From Octopus sinensis (lineage: Eukaryota), in contig NC_043006.1 of NCBI RefSeq assembly GCF_006345805.1, forward strand, positions 34,534,001-34,598,000: 64,000 bases of DNA. The letters run 5' to 3'. A program made the translations under genes and the position numbers. Positions 37,831-51,194 of this stretch are shown here, one piece after another; within the stretch, counting starts at the first letter, position 1; every line of letters begins with the position of its first letter. The notes beneath the pieces were generated by a model. The model did no database searches. It saw only the letters and a list, made by a program, of their open reading frames with translations, and was not told the DNA's origin.

Positions 37831-38439
37831 ATTTTCTACTGTAGGCACAAGGCCCAAAAGTTTTGGGGTGGGGCCCAGTCGATTAGATCAACTCGAGTAC
37901 GTAACTGGTGCTTAATTTATTGACCCCAGAAAGATGAAAGGCAAAGTCGACCTCTGTGGAATTTGAACTCAGAACATAAAGACAGACGAAATACTGCTAA
38001 GCATTTTACCCAGCGTGCTAACATTTCTGCCAGCTCACCATCTTAATAATAATAATAATAATCTTTTCTACTCCAGGCACAAGGCCTGAAATTTTGGGGG
38101 AGGGGTCCAGTCAATTAGATTGATCCCAGTACACAACTGGTACTTAATTTATCGACCCTGGAAGGATGAAAGGCAAAGTCAACCTCAGCGGAATTTGAAC
38201 TCAGAACGTAAAGACAGATGAAATACCGCTAAGCATTTCGCCCATCATGATAATGATTCTGCCAGCTCACTGCCCTAATAACAATAATAATAATCCTTTC
38301 TACTAAAGGCACAAGGCATCCGAAAGGAAGAAAGGCAAAGTCGACCTCAGCAGAATCTGAACTCAGAACATAATGACAGAGGAAATACTGCTAAGCATTT
38401 CGCCTGGCGTGCTAATGATTCTGCCAGCTTGCTGTCTCG
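37831..38439 (-). mobile_element. Head-to-tail trimer of S2 SINEs inside one 16-bp TSD
   Basis: Copies at about 37831-38045, 38063-38280 and 38292-38439 (the last internally deleted), joined by (AAT)n. AAGTATGAGGAATAAT occurs at 37815-37830 and 38440-38455. Confidence 0.85.
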
Positions 38440-39101
38440 AAGTATGAGGAATAATGTGGGAATAAAAACTGTGTTGGAATAAAAGCATTGATTTAACCTT
38501 AATATGTGTATGTGTGTATAAATACATAAAGATACATAGCTCTAAATTCTTACATATATGAGTTAAAAGGTAATGTACTGAATGTCGTATACAATAAATT
38601 TTTAACTAATTGTAAAATCTGAGTTGGAGACAAAACAAAAACCTAGTGACAATTGTTAACGACTCTCAAGGTGTAAGGGAGATAATTACAAGACAAAGAA
38701 TTTCTTCAATCTGTAAACATAAAACAGTGTGATCTTTACAAGTATGAAATAACAATAGACAAATGCTTCAGTGCATTTAATGTCAGCAAAGTTGTCAAAC
38801 ATGGTGTTTAAAATGCACGGATGTAAACACTTTGTTTGCTACATACAATATTTTCATGGACAGAAAAAGAGCAATTAATCAGACTGGTTTCAATCCTGTT
38901 TTGGGATTTCACCGGTAACTGAGTACAGTCTAAATTAGTCCACAGACATACTGCTTATAAACTCACTGAAGGTTTAAGCAAATCGGATGGACAGATTTGC
39001 ATAGTGCAATGCATTCTAGGCTGAAGTCTATAGATATAATCTGTTATAGAAAGATCACACAGGCTGTAGCAACTCACCCGATCCATGCCACTGTGGAAAG
39101 A

Positions 39102-39772
39102 AGACATAATAAAGGTGAGGCTCATCCTTTTACCTTTTCATTGTTTCAGTTATTAGACTGTGGCCATGCTGGGGCACTGCCTTGAAGGGTTTTTAATTGA
39201 AGTAATCAACCCTAGTATTTACTTTTTTAAAGCCAGGTACTTATTTTATCAGACTCTTTTGCTGGACTGTTAGGTTATGGGGATGTAAACATACCAACAC
39301 TGGCTGTCAAGTGATGGTGGGGGATAACAAATGCAAACACATATATATGCAGATGTATGTGTTTGTGTGTTTGAGTCCCCTTATCTTGTGAGAGTTGTAA
39401 ATGAATTTCATTCTCATACAAGCAATGTCATTTGTTTCCAATATTACATAATATATAGCCTTACTTGAAATCAGGAAGAGTACCCAGCCGTAGAAATCCT
39501 GCCTCATTAAACTTGCTGTATATTTGTGTTTCTGTTTGATGTCCACCACCATCACTCGACAGCTGGTGTTGGTATGGTTACATCCCTGTAACCTAACAGA
39601 CCAGCAAAAGAGTCTGATAAAATAAGTACCTAGCCTAAAAAAAGAAAGTACTGGGTTTGGTTCCTTCAACTAAAAACCCTTCAAGGCAGTGCCCCAGCAT
39701 GGCCACAATCTAATGACTGAAACAGCTAAAAGGTGAAAAGGTAAAAAGATGAGCCTCACCTTTATTATGTCT
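39102..39772. repeat. Long inverted repeat with arms of about 230 bp (unique flank + S1 SINE tail)
   Basis: AGACATAATAAAGGTGAGGCTCATC at 39102 and its exact reverse complement ending at 39772. The arms continue through the S1 tail to about 39335 and 39540. Confidence 0.9.
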
Positions 39773-40702
39773 GACAATGTGCTGCAGATCACACCATCAC
39801 AAAGTGTGTATGCATGTGATCAGGGACCACGTGTGAACTTATATTCCCACTGAAACCCCAAATATTGAACACTATACTTGAACAGCAAATTACAGCTATG
39901 GTGTCTGTGCTATCTGGCCGTCAGATGTGGTCAGTGTTCATGAGGGACACGGTGAACTTGTTGGTCCAGAGCCAGCTCAACCCATTTTAGGTGAAAGTTG
40001 CCCGCAAGTAGAAGTAAGTACAAGCATAACTGCTCCAGGCCAATCGAAGCCTTGCGAGTGGATTTGGTGGACAGAAACTGAAAGAAGCCTGTGTATGAGC
40101 GTGTGTGTGTGTCTGTCCCGTTGTCTTGACATTGTATGGTAGTTTCAAATGATTGTCACTATCATACAACAAGGAGTGTCATTCATTTCTAAAATCCTGC
40201 AAAAATATATCTGGGGATAGGAAAATATATAACCTTGCATAGAAACAGGTGAGGGTTGTGATAAGAAAGGCAGTTGGCCATAAAAAAATCTACCTCAATA
40301 GATTTCTATGCATACATGGGTTAGATTGACCCATGCATGCATAGAAAAGCAGACTTTAAAAAAAAATGAAAAATGAAACATCTATCAAATTAAGAGATTT
40401 AGAAATCCTGGTAATTTCCCCTCAGGTAATATTGGTTAACAGAGTGTATAGTAGTGGGCAGATTTTCTTAAAGGGGCACCATGGAAGAAGGAGAGAGAGA
40501 GAGAAAGAGAGATTTGTATTCATAAATGCTTTCAGTTCAATTACACATCAAATAGAATGAGATTTTGCAATTGGTTTTAAAAAACATGACCTGGATTTTG
40601 ACAAAGGTTTTAACCCATGACTAAACTGTAAAACATTATATGACTGTTTTTTGAGTATGTACTGGATATACATACATGTGTGTGTGTGTGTGTGTGCGCG
40701 CA

Positions 40703-41175
40703 CGTGTGTGTGTGCATATGCATATGTGTGTGGGCATATGTTTATATCAACTTATATGTATAGATCACCACCACCACCAATTTAACACCCACTCTTTCAT
40801 ATTTCATATATTCTGTTTAATAAAGCAGAATTTCTATTGCTGGGTACTCTTCCTGATTCCAACCCTCACCTGTTTCCAAGTAAGGCTATATATTATGTAA
40901 TATTGGAAACAAATGACACTGCTTGCATGAAAATGAAATTCGTGTGTGTGTGCATATGCATGTGTGTGGGCATATGTTTATATCAACTTATATGTATAGA
41001 TCACCACCACCACCAATTTAACACCCACTCTTTCATATTTCATATTCTGTTTAATAAAGCAGAATTCTATTGCTGGGTACTCTTCTGATTCCAACCCTCA
41101 CCTGTTTCCAAGTAAGGCTATATATTATGTAATATTGGAAACAAATGACACTGCTTGCATGAAAATGAAATTCGT
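40703..41175 (+). repeat. Near-perfect tandem duplication, period 236 bp
   Basis: CATATGTTTATATCAAC occurs at 40735 and 40971. The differences I saw are only 1-2 nt indels. Confidence 0.9.
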
Positions 41176-42949
41176 TTACAACTCTCACAAGATAAGGGGA
41201 CACAAATACACACCCACATCTGCATAAAAGACAGTTTTCTAGCAGTTTATGTCAACCAAATCTGTTGACTAGGCTTTGGTCAGCCTGAGGCTATAGTAGA
41301 AGACACTTGCTCAAAGAGCCACACAGCAGGGACTGAACCTGAAACCATGTGGTTAGGAAGCAGACTGCTTAGCTACATTAGTCATGCAGGCACCTAAATT
41401 AAGTTTTGCTCAAGAGCATTTCATACCACCCAGTCCAGGAAATGAAACTATTACCCTATATTGTGAACTCAACACAAACCATTAGGCCATGTACTTTCAG
41501 TTTCCATCTACTAAATCCACTCAGGAGCCTTTGGTCAACCCGAGACTATAATAAAAACAATTTTGCCCAAGGTGCTACACAGTGGGACTGAACCAGGAAC
41601 CATGTGGTTGAGAAGTAGACTTTTTACTACACAGCCAACAATATTTTGGCAGAAACATTAGCACGCTGGGTGAAATGCTGAGCAGTATTTCATCTGCTGT
41701 TAAATTCTAAGTTCAAGTTCTGCCGAGGTCGACTTTGCCCTTCATCCTTTCAGGGTCATTTAAATAAGTAGAAGTTAATCACTGGTGTCAATGTAATTGA
41801 CTCATTCCCCTTGTCTGTCCTTGTTTGTCCCCTCTATGTTTAGCCCCCAGTGGGCAATAAAGAAATAAATATTTTCTCCCTTTCAACAGAATGCTGTGAC
41901 ACAGAGTACAGAAAGCATACAACTACAGAAAATTAAAGATCAAGAAAAAATTAAGGGTTAACACTTAGCCGTAGAAATATAAGCAGGAGAAATGAGGTGC
42001 CTTTATGATTCTGGAAAAAAAAGGTGTCTACTGGCACCGTGTCCAAAAATCTGAAACAACTGCTTGACCAAGAAGTGGAAATAAGAGACAGATGCAATGT
42101 GCTGCTGAACAGTCTTTACTGGTCAACCAGAGTTCCTAAAATTGCTTCTTACTGCCACAATTGAGGCATGCAGACAGGTTTAGCATAACATCAGAAAACT
42201 CTGCCATCCATATTACTTCCATTGAAGCAAACATGATCAAAGAAAAAGTATTTATGGCTACTTTTAAAAATACATGACAAAGTGGTATGACACAGCCACT
42301 ATAAAGTCAGTCATTGTAGAAGTCATTCAGTAGTAGTAGTAGTAGTAGAGTTGTATGAGTTCTCAGTTGGAGTCAGTGTCCTTTACGTGATATATATGAG
42401 TTCAAGTTACTGTCAAGGTAGACGTTTCAAAGTTATTGTCTTGTGGAGCTATAGACAATAGCATGATAGATGAGTCAAAGATAGTAAGACGCAGAATACT
42501 GCCACAACATAAGAGTGACGACAAGAATATCACAGAGCAGACAACAACATATAAGTGGACAAGGATTCACATTACAGCAGACACTATGCACCAACAGGAA
42601 TCAAACCCACAGCTTTATGATTGTAAAGCCAAATACGGTAACCACCAAGCCAAGTTTTGCATCAAATGGTGGACACACTCATAAAAGCAACAGAATAGCA
42701 GAACTAATGAGTGAGAGAGTGAGAGGCAAATTAAAGGTTAATGATGATGATTGTGGGGATGATTTCTTAATAATGCACTGAGGCTCCAGAAGCTTTAGTC
42801 AGAACAGTAATGCTGTTATTGGTGAGGCAGTGGTGGTGAGATGGTAGGGGTATTCAGGATAAAGTGTGATGTTGTTCTTCAAGGGCAAACCAATTAACAA
42901 AGGCAGTCATCCCTTTATACCTTAGACTGACACAAAGTGTATAAATCTC

Positions 42950-42984
<35 letters not shown>

Positions 42985-43309
42985 TGGTGGAGGAGGGACT
43001 GTATTTGGGTGCACATGTTAGTATCAATATTTGCATGCGAGTATAAGTGTCTCTGTGTGTATATTACTGTATGTTAGTGTGTGTGCATCAGTATTTTAGT
43101 GAATGAGTGTGTGTGTGTATGTGTGCTATAACATTATTTCATTACGGTAGATGTGGAAATAACCAGCTTCCAGATAACGAACAACTTGAGGCCACGACTA
43201 TATTTGACTCTTTGACTATCGCAACCACCAAAGTTTTCGATGTAATGATATTTTCTTTTGAAAATTAGGCAGAAGGCCAATTTTATACATAGGTTGAGAT
43301 GTATGTGAA

Positions 43310-43312
43310 TCC

Positions 43313-43344
<32 letters not shown>

Positions 43345-43693
43345 AAGAGTGTGTGTGTATGTGAGAGAGAGAGAAAGTGTGTGTATGTGTGTGTGTGAGA
43401 GAGAGAGAGAGAGTGTGTGTGTGAGAGAGAGAGAGTGTGTGTGTGTGTGTGTGTGAGAGAGAGTGTGTGTGTGTGTGTGTGAGAAAGAGTGTGTGTGTGT
43501 GTGTGTGAGAAAGTGTGTGTGAGTGAGAGAGTATGTGTGTGTGAGAGTGTGTGTGTGTGCATACGTGTAAGAAAGAGTGTGTGTGTGTGTGTGTGTGAGA
43601 AAGAGAGTGTGAGTGTGTGTATAGCTATGTATGCATGCAGATATATATGTATATATTTGTGTGTGTGTGTGTGTGTATATGAGCATGGACATT

Positions 43694-43720
<27 letters not shown>
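43310..43720. repeat. Compound (GT)n/(GA)n microsatellite
   Basis: Directly visible; it explains ORFs 43134-43820 and 43216-43692. Confidence 0.95.
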
Positions 43721-43724
<4 letters not shown>

Positions 43725-45850
43725 TTCAGAAATGCTGATGATGGCCTCATCAGCATTTGATGGACAACCAGAAGGAAAGAAGGAAGAATGAGCAGGCAGG
43801 GGGATGGACAGATGGAGCATCTACGCATTGCTTGACTTACTAGTAATTGTAACCTAATATCTTCAAATTACACATTAAAATGTAAGGATATATTAAATAA
43901 TGTAACCATAGATGAACAAAAGGAAAAGATAGGCTTGGTTTTTCACTATAGGTGTCCTCAAGTAGGTATGAACTGGGTTAAAGAGAACTATATATTTTTA
44001 GGAATAGCTTCATATGTATATAACAAGAATTACAATATACCCACATGCATATGCACACATATTTGATTTTACAGTAAGAGGACAAAGTACTCAATCCCAA
44101 AGTAAGGTGTACATATAGTGCCGAGACTGAGGTTTTTGATTCTTCACTCAACACTAAAATGAAGTCTGTATTTCAAAAGCATATTTCAATATTCTGCACC
44201 AAGCTCTACTGTCTGCTTTGGCAGGGCTTCTATGGCTGGATGCCCTTCTTAATGCCAGCAACTTTACAGAGGACATCATCATCATCATCCAGTGTTTTAA
44301 ATCCAGATTTTGTCCCTGTTAATAAGGGTGGCTGGATTTACCTCAATGCCATAGCAACTGAGACAGGCAGGTACAGCCCACCCCAACCTTTGGGCTGGCT
44401 GGTGCCCATTCTCCTTTGCTATCATGAGGTTTTTTTGGAGCTGGATTTTCTACAGGGAGCATGCCCTTGCTTACCCCCAACCTCAGTTTCTAGACATGAG
44501 TGGTCCCGAGACTGAGGCCTCTACCATGATTTTTAAGAAATGTGGTGAAAACTAGCTCAGGAAGGCAGGGACACTTCTCTCTGAGACCCTTTTTTATTTG
44601 GCCCCAGCACAATGAAGTCACAGAAGCAAAAAGAGTCCCAAATAAACAAAAAGAAAAGAAAAGCAAAGGGCAACATCAAATCAAACAAGACCCAATAAAA
44701 CTGGAGAGATCTGAAGTGTGAGTGAAAAATAAATCCAATCAGAAAGTGGTGGAGATAACTAACAAGGTCTGTAGACAGCATTTGTGAAACTCAGTAGTGA
44801 GTGGCATGACTGACTTGTCTCAGAGTGACCCAACAGTGAAGGTGACTGAAGGGTATGATTGAAGGAAAGGAAGAGACTCAAAGAGAGAGGAAGAGAGAGA
44901 AAATAATGGAGAAGAGGAGCAAAGTGGAAAATACACGAAGATATAAATGGGAAAGCAAATGAGAAAACCATTATCTTTTAGCAATAAATTTAATGCATTC
45001 AAAATTGAGATTGCACCCAAGAAAAATATAGACAGGCAAGAAAGAGAGGAAATAGAGAGAGAGACAGTGAGAGAGAGAGAGAGAGAAAGAAAGAGAAAGA
45101 ATGTTTTACTGTAATAACCAAGCTGTTTGCAGTCTAAGACAAAACAAGACAAGCACTGAATTTGGTATAGCAGTGGCTGTCACCATTCTTTAGTTCTTTT
45201 TCACAGGCAATCTCAACTCCATAATTTTAGCATAAAAATCAAATGTTAAGCAATTGGCGAGCTGGCAGAACTGTTAGCATGCTGGCCAAAATGTTTAGCA
45301 GTATTTTGTCTGCCATTATGTTCTCAGTTCAAATTCCGCCGAGGTCAACTTTGCCTTTCATCCTTTCGGGGTCAATTAAATAAGTACCAGTTACGCACTG
45401 GGGTCGATGTAATCAACTTAAAGCCTTTGTCTCTATGTTTAGCCCCCTGTGGGCAATAAAGAAATACATATAATTTACGATCAAAGGTTTAATTATGGGG
45501 CATAAATTAACAGGAGTGGGACAGCTATAATTATATTCTAAGAACTACACATACAGCATCAAGAAATTTCTCAACTCAGTGTCTTCTACGATGGTCTCGG
45601 GTCAACCAAGACTTTGTGAGTGGATTTGGTGAGCAGAAACTGAAAGAAGTCTATCACGTGTGTATGTGAGTGTACACACACACACATAATAAAACCACTG
45701 TCTTCCACACAGACAGGCTTGTTCTTTCAGGTGTTGATGCCACTTAAAAAGCACTTGTAAAAAGCTGTCAGAGACTGGACAGCCCCCTGCTAGCCAGTTC
45801 CGTATCAAACTGTCCAGTCCATCCCAGCATGGAAAGCAGATATTAAATGA

Positions 45851-45854
<4 letters not shown>

Positions 45855-45906
<52 letters not shown>

Positions 45907-46285
45907 GATAGATAGATAGGTAGGTAGGTAGGTAGGTAGTAGGTAGGTAGGTAGGTAGGTAGGTAGGTAGGTAGGTAGATAGATAGGTAGATAGATAGTT
46001 GGTAGATAGATAGGTAGATAGATAGGAAGATAGATAGATAGGTAGACAGGTAGGTAGATAAACAGACAGACAGATAGGTAGATAGGTAGGTAGGTAGATA
46101 GATAGTTGGTAGATAGATAGGTAGATAGATAGTTGGTAGATAGATAGGTAGATAGATAGATAGGTAGATAGATAGGAAGATAGATAGATAGGTAGACAGG
46201 TAGGTAGATAAACAGACAGACAGACAGATAGGTAGACAGGTAGGTAGATAGATAGGTAGATAGTTAGGTAGTTAGATAGACAGAT
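45855..46285. repeat. Compound (TA)n-(TAGA/TAGG/CAGA)n microsatellite within an S1 SINE
   Basis: Directly visible, with S1 core sequence at 45590-45660 and S1 tail at 46315-46480. It explains ORF 45602-46318. Confidence 0.9.
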
Positions 46286-47180
46286 ACACATATACCTGCG
46301 TGTGTCCTCCATGACCACCTGACAACTGGTGTTGGTGTGTTTATATCCCCATAACTTAGTGGTTCAGCAAAAAAGACAAATAGTAACAGGCTTACAAAAG
46401 ACAATACACCTGACTAAAGTTCTTCTAGACAGTGCCCCAGCGTGGGCGCTATCCAATAAATGAAGCAAGTTAAAAATAAAAGATGTCTGCTATGAACATT
46501 GTATGCACACCCAAATACACACAACACTTATCCCCACAAATACATATATACACATAACACTATTATTTCATTTCCTTTGGCCCTTCCCTACATCCCTCAT
46601 ACTTTGCTTCCCCACCTCCATACCGCTGCTACCACCACCACCACCATCACTTCACCAACTGCATCACCTATTTCTTCGTTACCTTTTGTTTTAACATATT
46701 TCTCATAAATCTCTCTTACTCAAGTAATTACTTTATTTGATAATATTTCCCACCACCACCACTACTACTGCAACCACCAAAACATAACCCTAACAACTAC
46801 CACCACCACCACCACCATTTATATAATGTAAAAGTTGTTTTCCTCACCACTTTCAATCATTCCTGAACAAAGACACACATAAACACACACACTCATAAAT
46901 GCTCCCTGCACACACACACACACACACACACATGCTCACTACTACACAGCCTCAACTTCAAACCAGTCTAGTTTCGTTTCAGTTCAATTCATTTCAGAAG
47001 CTATTAATATTCAATCAGTTATCTTTTACCAACATTAATTTAGATAATCTCAAAGCTAGGAATGAAAATTTCCCTTACATTACATTATTACTAATACTAC
47101 TACTACTAATAATAATATTATTCCTTCTTCACCTTTTCTTTCACATTTTCACATTTTACCCACACCATATTATATATATA

Positions 47181-47693
47181 CTAGCAGTATCGCCTGGCGT
47201 TGCTCGGGTTTGTAAGGGAAATAACTATATAAGCATTTTTAGAGAGTTACTTCCCTTATAGATGCCAATTCGGGCTTTCTTAGCCATTTCTGTTTTGGTG
47301 TCTTCAAGCCATGAAGTCATTGTTCTAAAAGAACGCTGGTCTCCTTGACAACGCTTTACGACGTTGATTTCCTTACACTCCCTTCCCCACAGTTTCACGA
47401 GGGAGGGAAGAAGGGGGAGAAGCAAACAGGTGCAGGTGTGACCATGGACGCCAACTCCGCCGCCATCGACACACGAAAAATTATGCATTAAAATGGAATA
47501 AAAAATGATGTTAAATTATTTTCAAAATCGTAGACTCATCGTAGACGCGCGCTAATACTCAGACGGGCTCGATATGAATCACGACTATAAGATACCCGAA
47601 TTTGGTTAAACTGCACCGCAAAATGTGGGAATAGTTAGGAATCTAAATCGAAGGGGACAGACACTCACACAACTACAGTTTTATATATATAGA
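47181..47693 (-). mobile_element. Non-autonomous Helitron, copy 1
   Basis: Minus strand begins A|TCTATATATATAAAACTG and ends CCCGAGCAACGCCAGGCGATACTG-CTAG|T. No TSD. Confidence 0.85.
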
Positions 47694-47802
47694 TATATAT
47701 ATTTATATATTTACACATTTTTCTCGTTGTTTACGGAGTTCACGCATTTCATGTTATTTGTATTGTTGATGATGTCTCGTATATGCATATATATATAATA
47801 TA

Positions 47803-48316
47803 CTAGCAGTATCGCCCAGCGTTGCTCGGGTTTGTAAGGGAAATAACTATATAAGCATTTTTAGAGAGTTACTTCCCTTATAGATGCCAATTCGGGCTTC
47901 CTTAGCCATTTCTGTTTTGGTGTCTTCAAGCCATGAAGTCGTTCTAAAAGAACGCTGGTCTCCTTGACAACGCTTTACGACGTTGATTTCCTTACACTCC
48001 CTTCCCCACAGCTTCACGAGGGAGGGAAGAAGGGGGAGAAGCAAACACAGGTGCAGGTGTTTGAGCGTGGACGCCAACTCCGCCGCCATCGACACACGAA
48101 AAATTATGCATTAAAATGGAATAAAAAATGATGTTAAATTATTTTTAAAATCGTAGACTCATCGTAGACGCACGCTAATACTCAGACGGGCTCGATATGA
48201 ATCACGACTATAAGATACCCGAATTTGGTTAAACTGCACCGCAAAATGTGGGAATAGTTAGGAATCTAAATCGAAGGGGACAGACACTCACACAACTACA
48301 GTTTTATATATATAGA
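47803..48316 (-). mobile_element. Non-autonomous Helitron, copy 2
   Basis: Same termini as copy 1 and about 97% identical by eye; separated from it by about 110 bp. Confidence 0.85.
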
Positions 48317-48334
48317 TATATATATATATATATA

Positions 48335-48712
48335 GGCGCAGGAGTGGCTGTGTGGTAAGTAGCTTGCTTACCAGCCACATGGTCTGGTTTCAGTCCCACT
48401 GCATAGCACCTAGGGCAAGTGTTTTTTACTATATCCTCAGGCTGACCAAAGCCTTGTGAGTGGATTTGGTAGACGGAAACTGAAAGAAGCCTGTTGTTTA
48501 TATATATGTGTGTGTGTGTCGTTACCATCACTTGACAACTGATAACTGATGTTGGTGTGTTTACGTCTCCGTAACTTAGCAGTTTTGTAAAAGAGACTGA
48601 TAGAATAAGTACTAGGCTTCCAATGAATAAGTCCTGGGGTCAATTTGTTTGACTAAAGGCAGTGCTCCAGCATGGTTACAGTCGAATGACTGAAACAAAT
48701 AAAAAAAAATAA
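48335..48712 (+). mobile_element. Full-length S1 SINE (reference copy)
   Basis: GGCGCAGGAGTGGCTGTGTGGTAAG head, GGTTTCAGTCCC B-box-like motif, CCTAGGGCAAG core, (TA)(TG)n tract and CCAGCATGG...GACTGAAAC tail. A similar copy lies at 54397-54740. Confidence 0.85.
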
Positions 48713-49568
48713 AAATATATATATCACAGTGTTGGGCCTCATGGAGGCAATGACCAAGGCTTTTGGCATTATGTCGTGCTTGAGAAGACCCATAAAGCCA
48801 AGCAAAATCACAGTCATGGCAGATACTCGTTCACACAAATGGCACATAAAAGCACCCATTACAATCTCGGTGCAGTTGGTGTTAGGAAGGGCATCCAGCC
48901 GTAGAAAACCATGCCAAATCAGACTCGAGCCTGGTGCAGCCTTCCAGTATGCCAGCCCAGTCAAACCGTCCAACTCATGCCAGCATGGACAACAGACATT
49001 AGATGATATATATGTATGACTGTGATAAAATGTGTGTGTGTGTGTGTGTGAGCAAAGGATTTAAACAAGGATGTATATTTCTTATGAAAACCATGAGGTA
49101 GATATTAGATTTTAATTTCTTAAGTAAGGCAAAATAATGTCACAGCAAACAAGCATGACGATGTTTGAAGCAAAAAGTCGACTAGCTTAACCAATGTCTG
49201 CTGTCTACGTGCCTGTGAGACACAAACAGATACATAAGATTGTGTCTCTCTGACATTTAAATCTTTTTTTGTTTCCTTTTTCTCTCTATATTTGCATTCA
49301 TTCAAAGTTAAAGACATTATGACATAAACAGTATATTACTGCTTATGAAAACACGAATAACTTTGGCTTTGAATATATATATATCATCATCATTTAACAT
49401 CTGTTTTCTATGGAGATATATATATATACACACACTGCGTGGCACTTTGGGCAGGTGTCTTCTACTATAGCCCTGAGCCGACCGAAGCTTTGTGATTGGT
49501 AGGCGGAAGTTACTGCTGTGTGCTTATAGCTGCTCAGTGCCTCTCAGAGAGAGAGAGAGAGAGAGAGG

Positions 49569-49621
<53 letters not shown>

Positions 49622-49795
49622 AATTCCAAGAAAGTTAGAGGTTGTGAATCCAACCCACTAAGTGATAATATCTATCCAATATACTGCTTGTAGAACACCC
49701 AATTATTAATACACAAGTGTTTTTTATTGCATTGCAATTACATTACCGAGTGTACTAAATGGGTGAAGGTAAAGAGATATTTTACCATTAATTTA

Positions 49796-50082
<287 letters not shown>

Positions 50083-50146
50083 TATATATACATATATATA
50101 TACATATATATATATATACATATATATATACATATATATATATATA

Positions 50147-51023
50147 AGAGGTGGTATCAAAAAGTTCCAGGACTAGTCATGTTTAATAAGAAATAACTTA
50201 TTTACCTAAGTTCCTTCATCATTTCCTTTGAAATAGTCACCTTGCACAGCAATACACAAGCCCAAGTGTTCCTGTCACTTAGAATTTGGCCTGGATGTCG
50301 TTTTCCGTAACCAAGTCAAGGATCTTCTCGCGATTCGCTCTGGATCTCCACAACAGTGTTAAAACTGCAACCACTGAGCTGCATTTTCATCTTGGGGATG
50401 AGATCAAAGTCTGGTGGTGCTAAACCTGGTGAATAGGGTGGGTGATACCTTGTGGATTTTTGGCAAGAAACTCACGTAAGAGGGGAGTTCGGTGACAGGG
50501 TGCACTGTTGTCATGAAGAATCTAGTTCTTCATGCTCCACAGATCTGGTTGTTTTTGCCAAATGTCGTTCTTCAAATGCTTCAAAATGTTGCAGTAGAAC
50601 TCTTGATTGACAGTGTGGCCCCGGGGGATGAATTCTCGATATACAATACTGTATTTCCAAGGGTGATGCTTGTGGAAGGTCTTCCAGATTGCTCATCATG
50701 TTGCAGGTATGTTCTTCTGCTTTTGAAGCAGCCATGCCACTAAAACCAGTGTCAAACCCACTGCCTTGTCACCATAAGCTTGCCAAAGCATGCTCAACAT
50801 CTCTGTAGCAGATTTTCCAAGTTTAACACAAAATTTTGCATTGGCGCTTTGTTCTTGTCCATGACAAAATCGCAGACTACAGCAAACACATGATCACAAA
50901 AACACAACTTGTGAAGTAAACACAGCAATATCACTAGGTACACTGCCTCATTAAGTGCACTCATAGCTCTCACTGCACATGCAATCATGTGCTGCCATCT
51001 GTTGGTACATTTTGATACCATCT

Positions 51024-51025
<2 letters not shown>
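50147..51025 (-). mobile_element. Internally deleted mariner (irritans-like) with both TIRs
   Basis: AGAGGTGGTATCAAAAAG ... TTTTGATACCATCTTG. Minus-strand relics read EQSANAKFCVKLGKSATEML...QAYGD and a PPYSP...DFDLIPKMKMQL-type segment. Confidence 0.8.
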
Positions 51026-51054
<29 letters not shown>

Positions 51055-51125
51055 CTCTGCAAACAACTGTGACTGAGTTGGAAGCATCATAATTGCATAG
51101 TATAAAAATACATATACACACACAC

Positions 51126-51190
<65 letters not shown>

Positions 51191-51194
51191 TACA

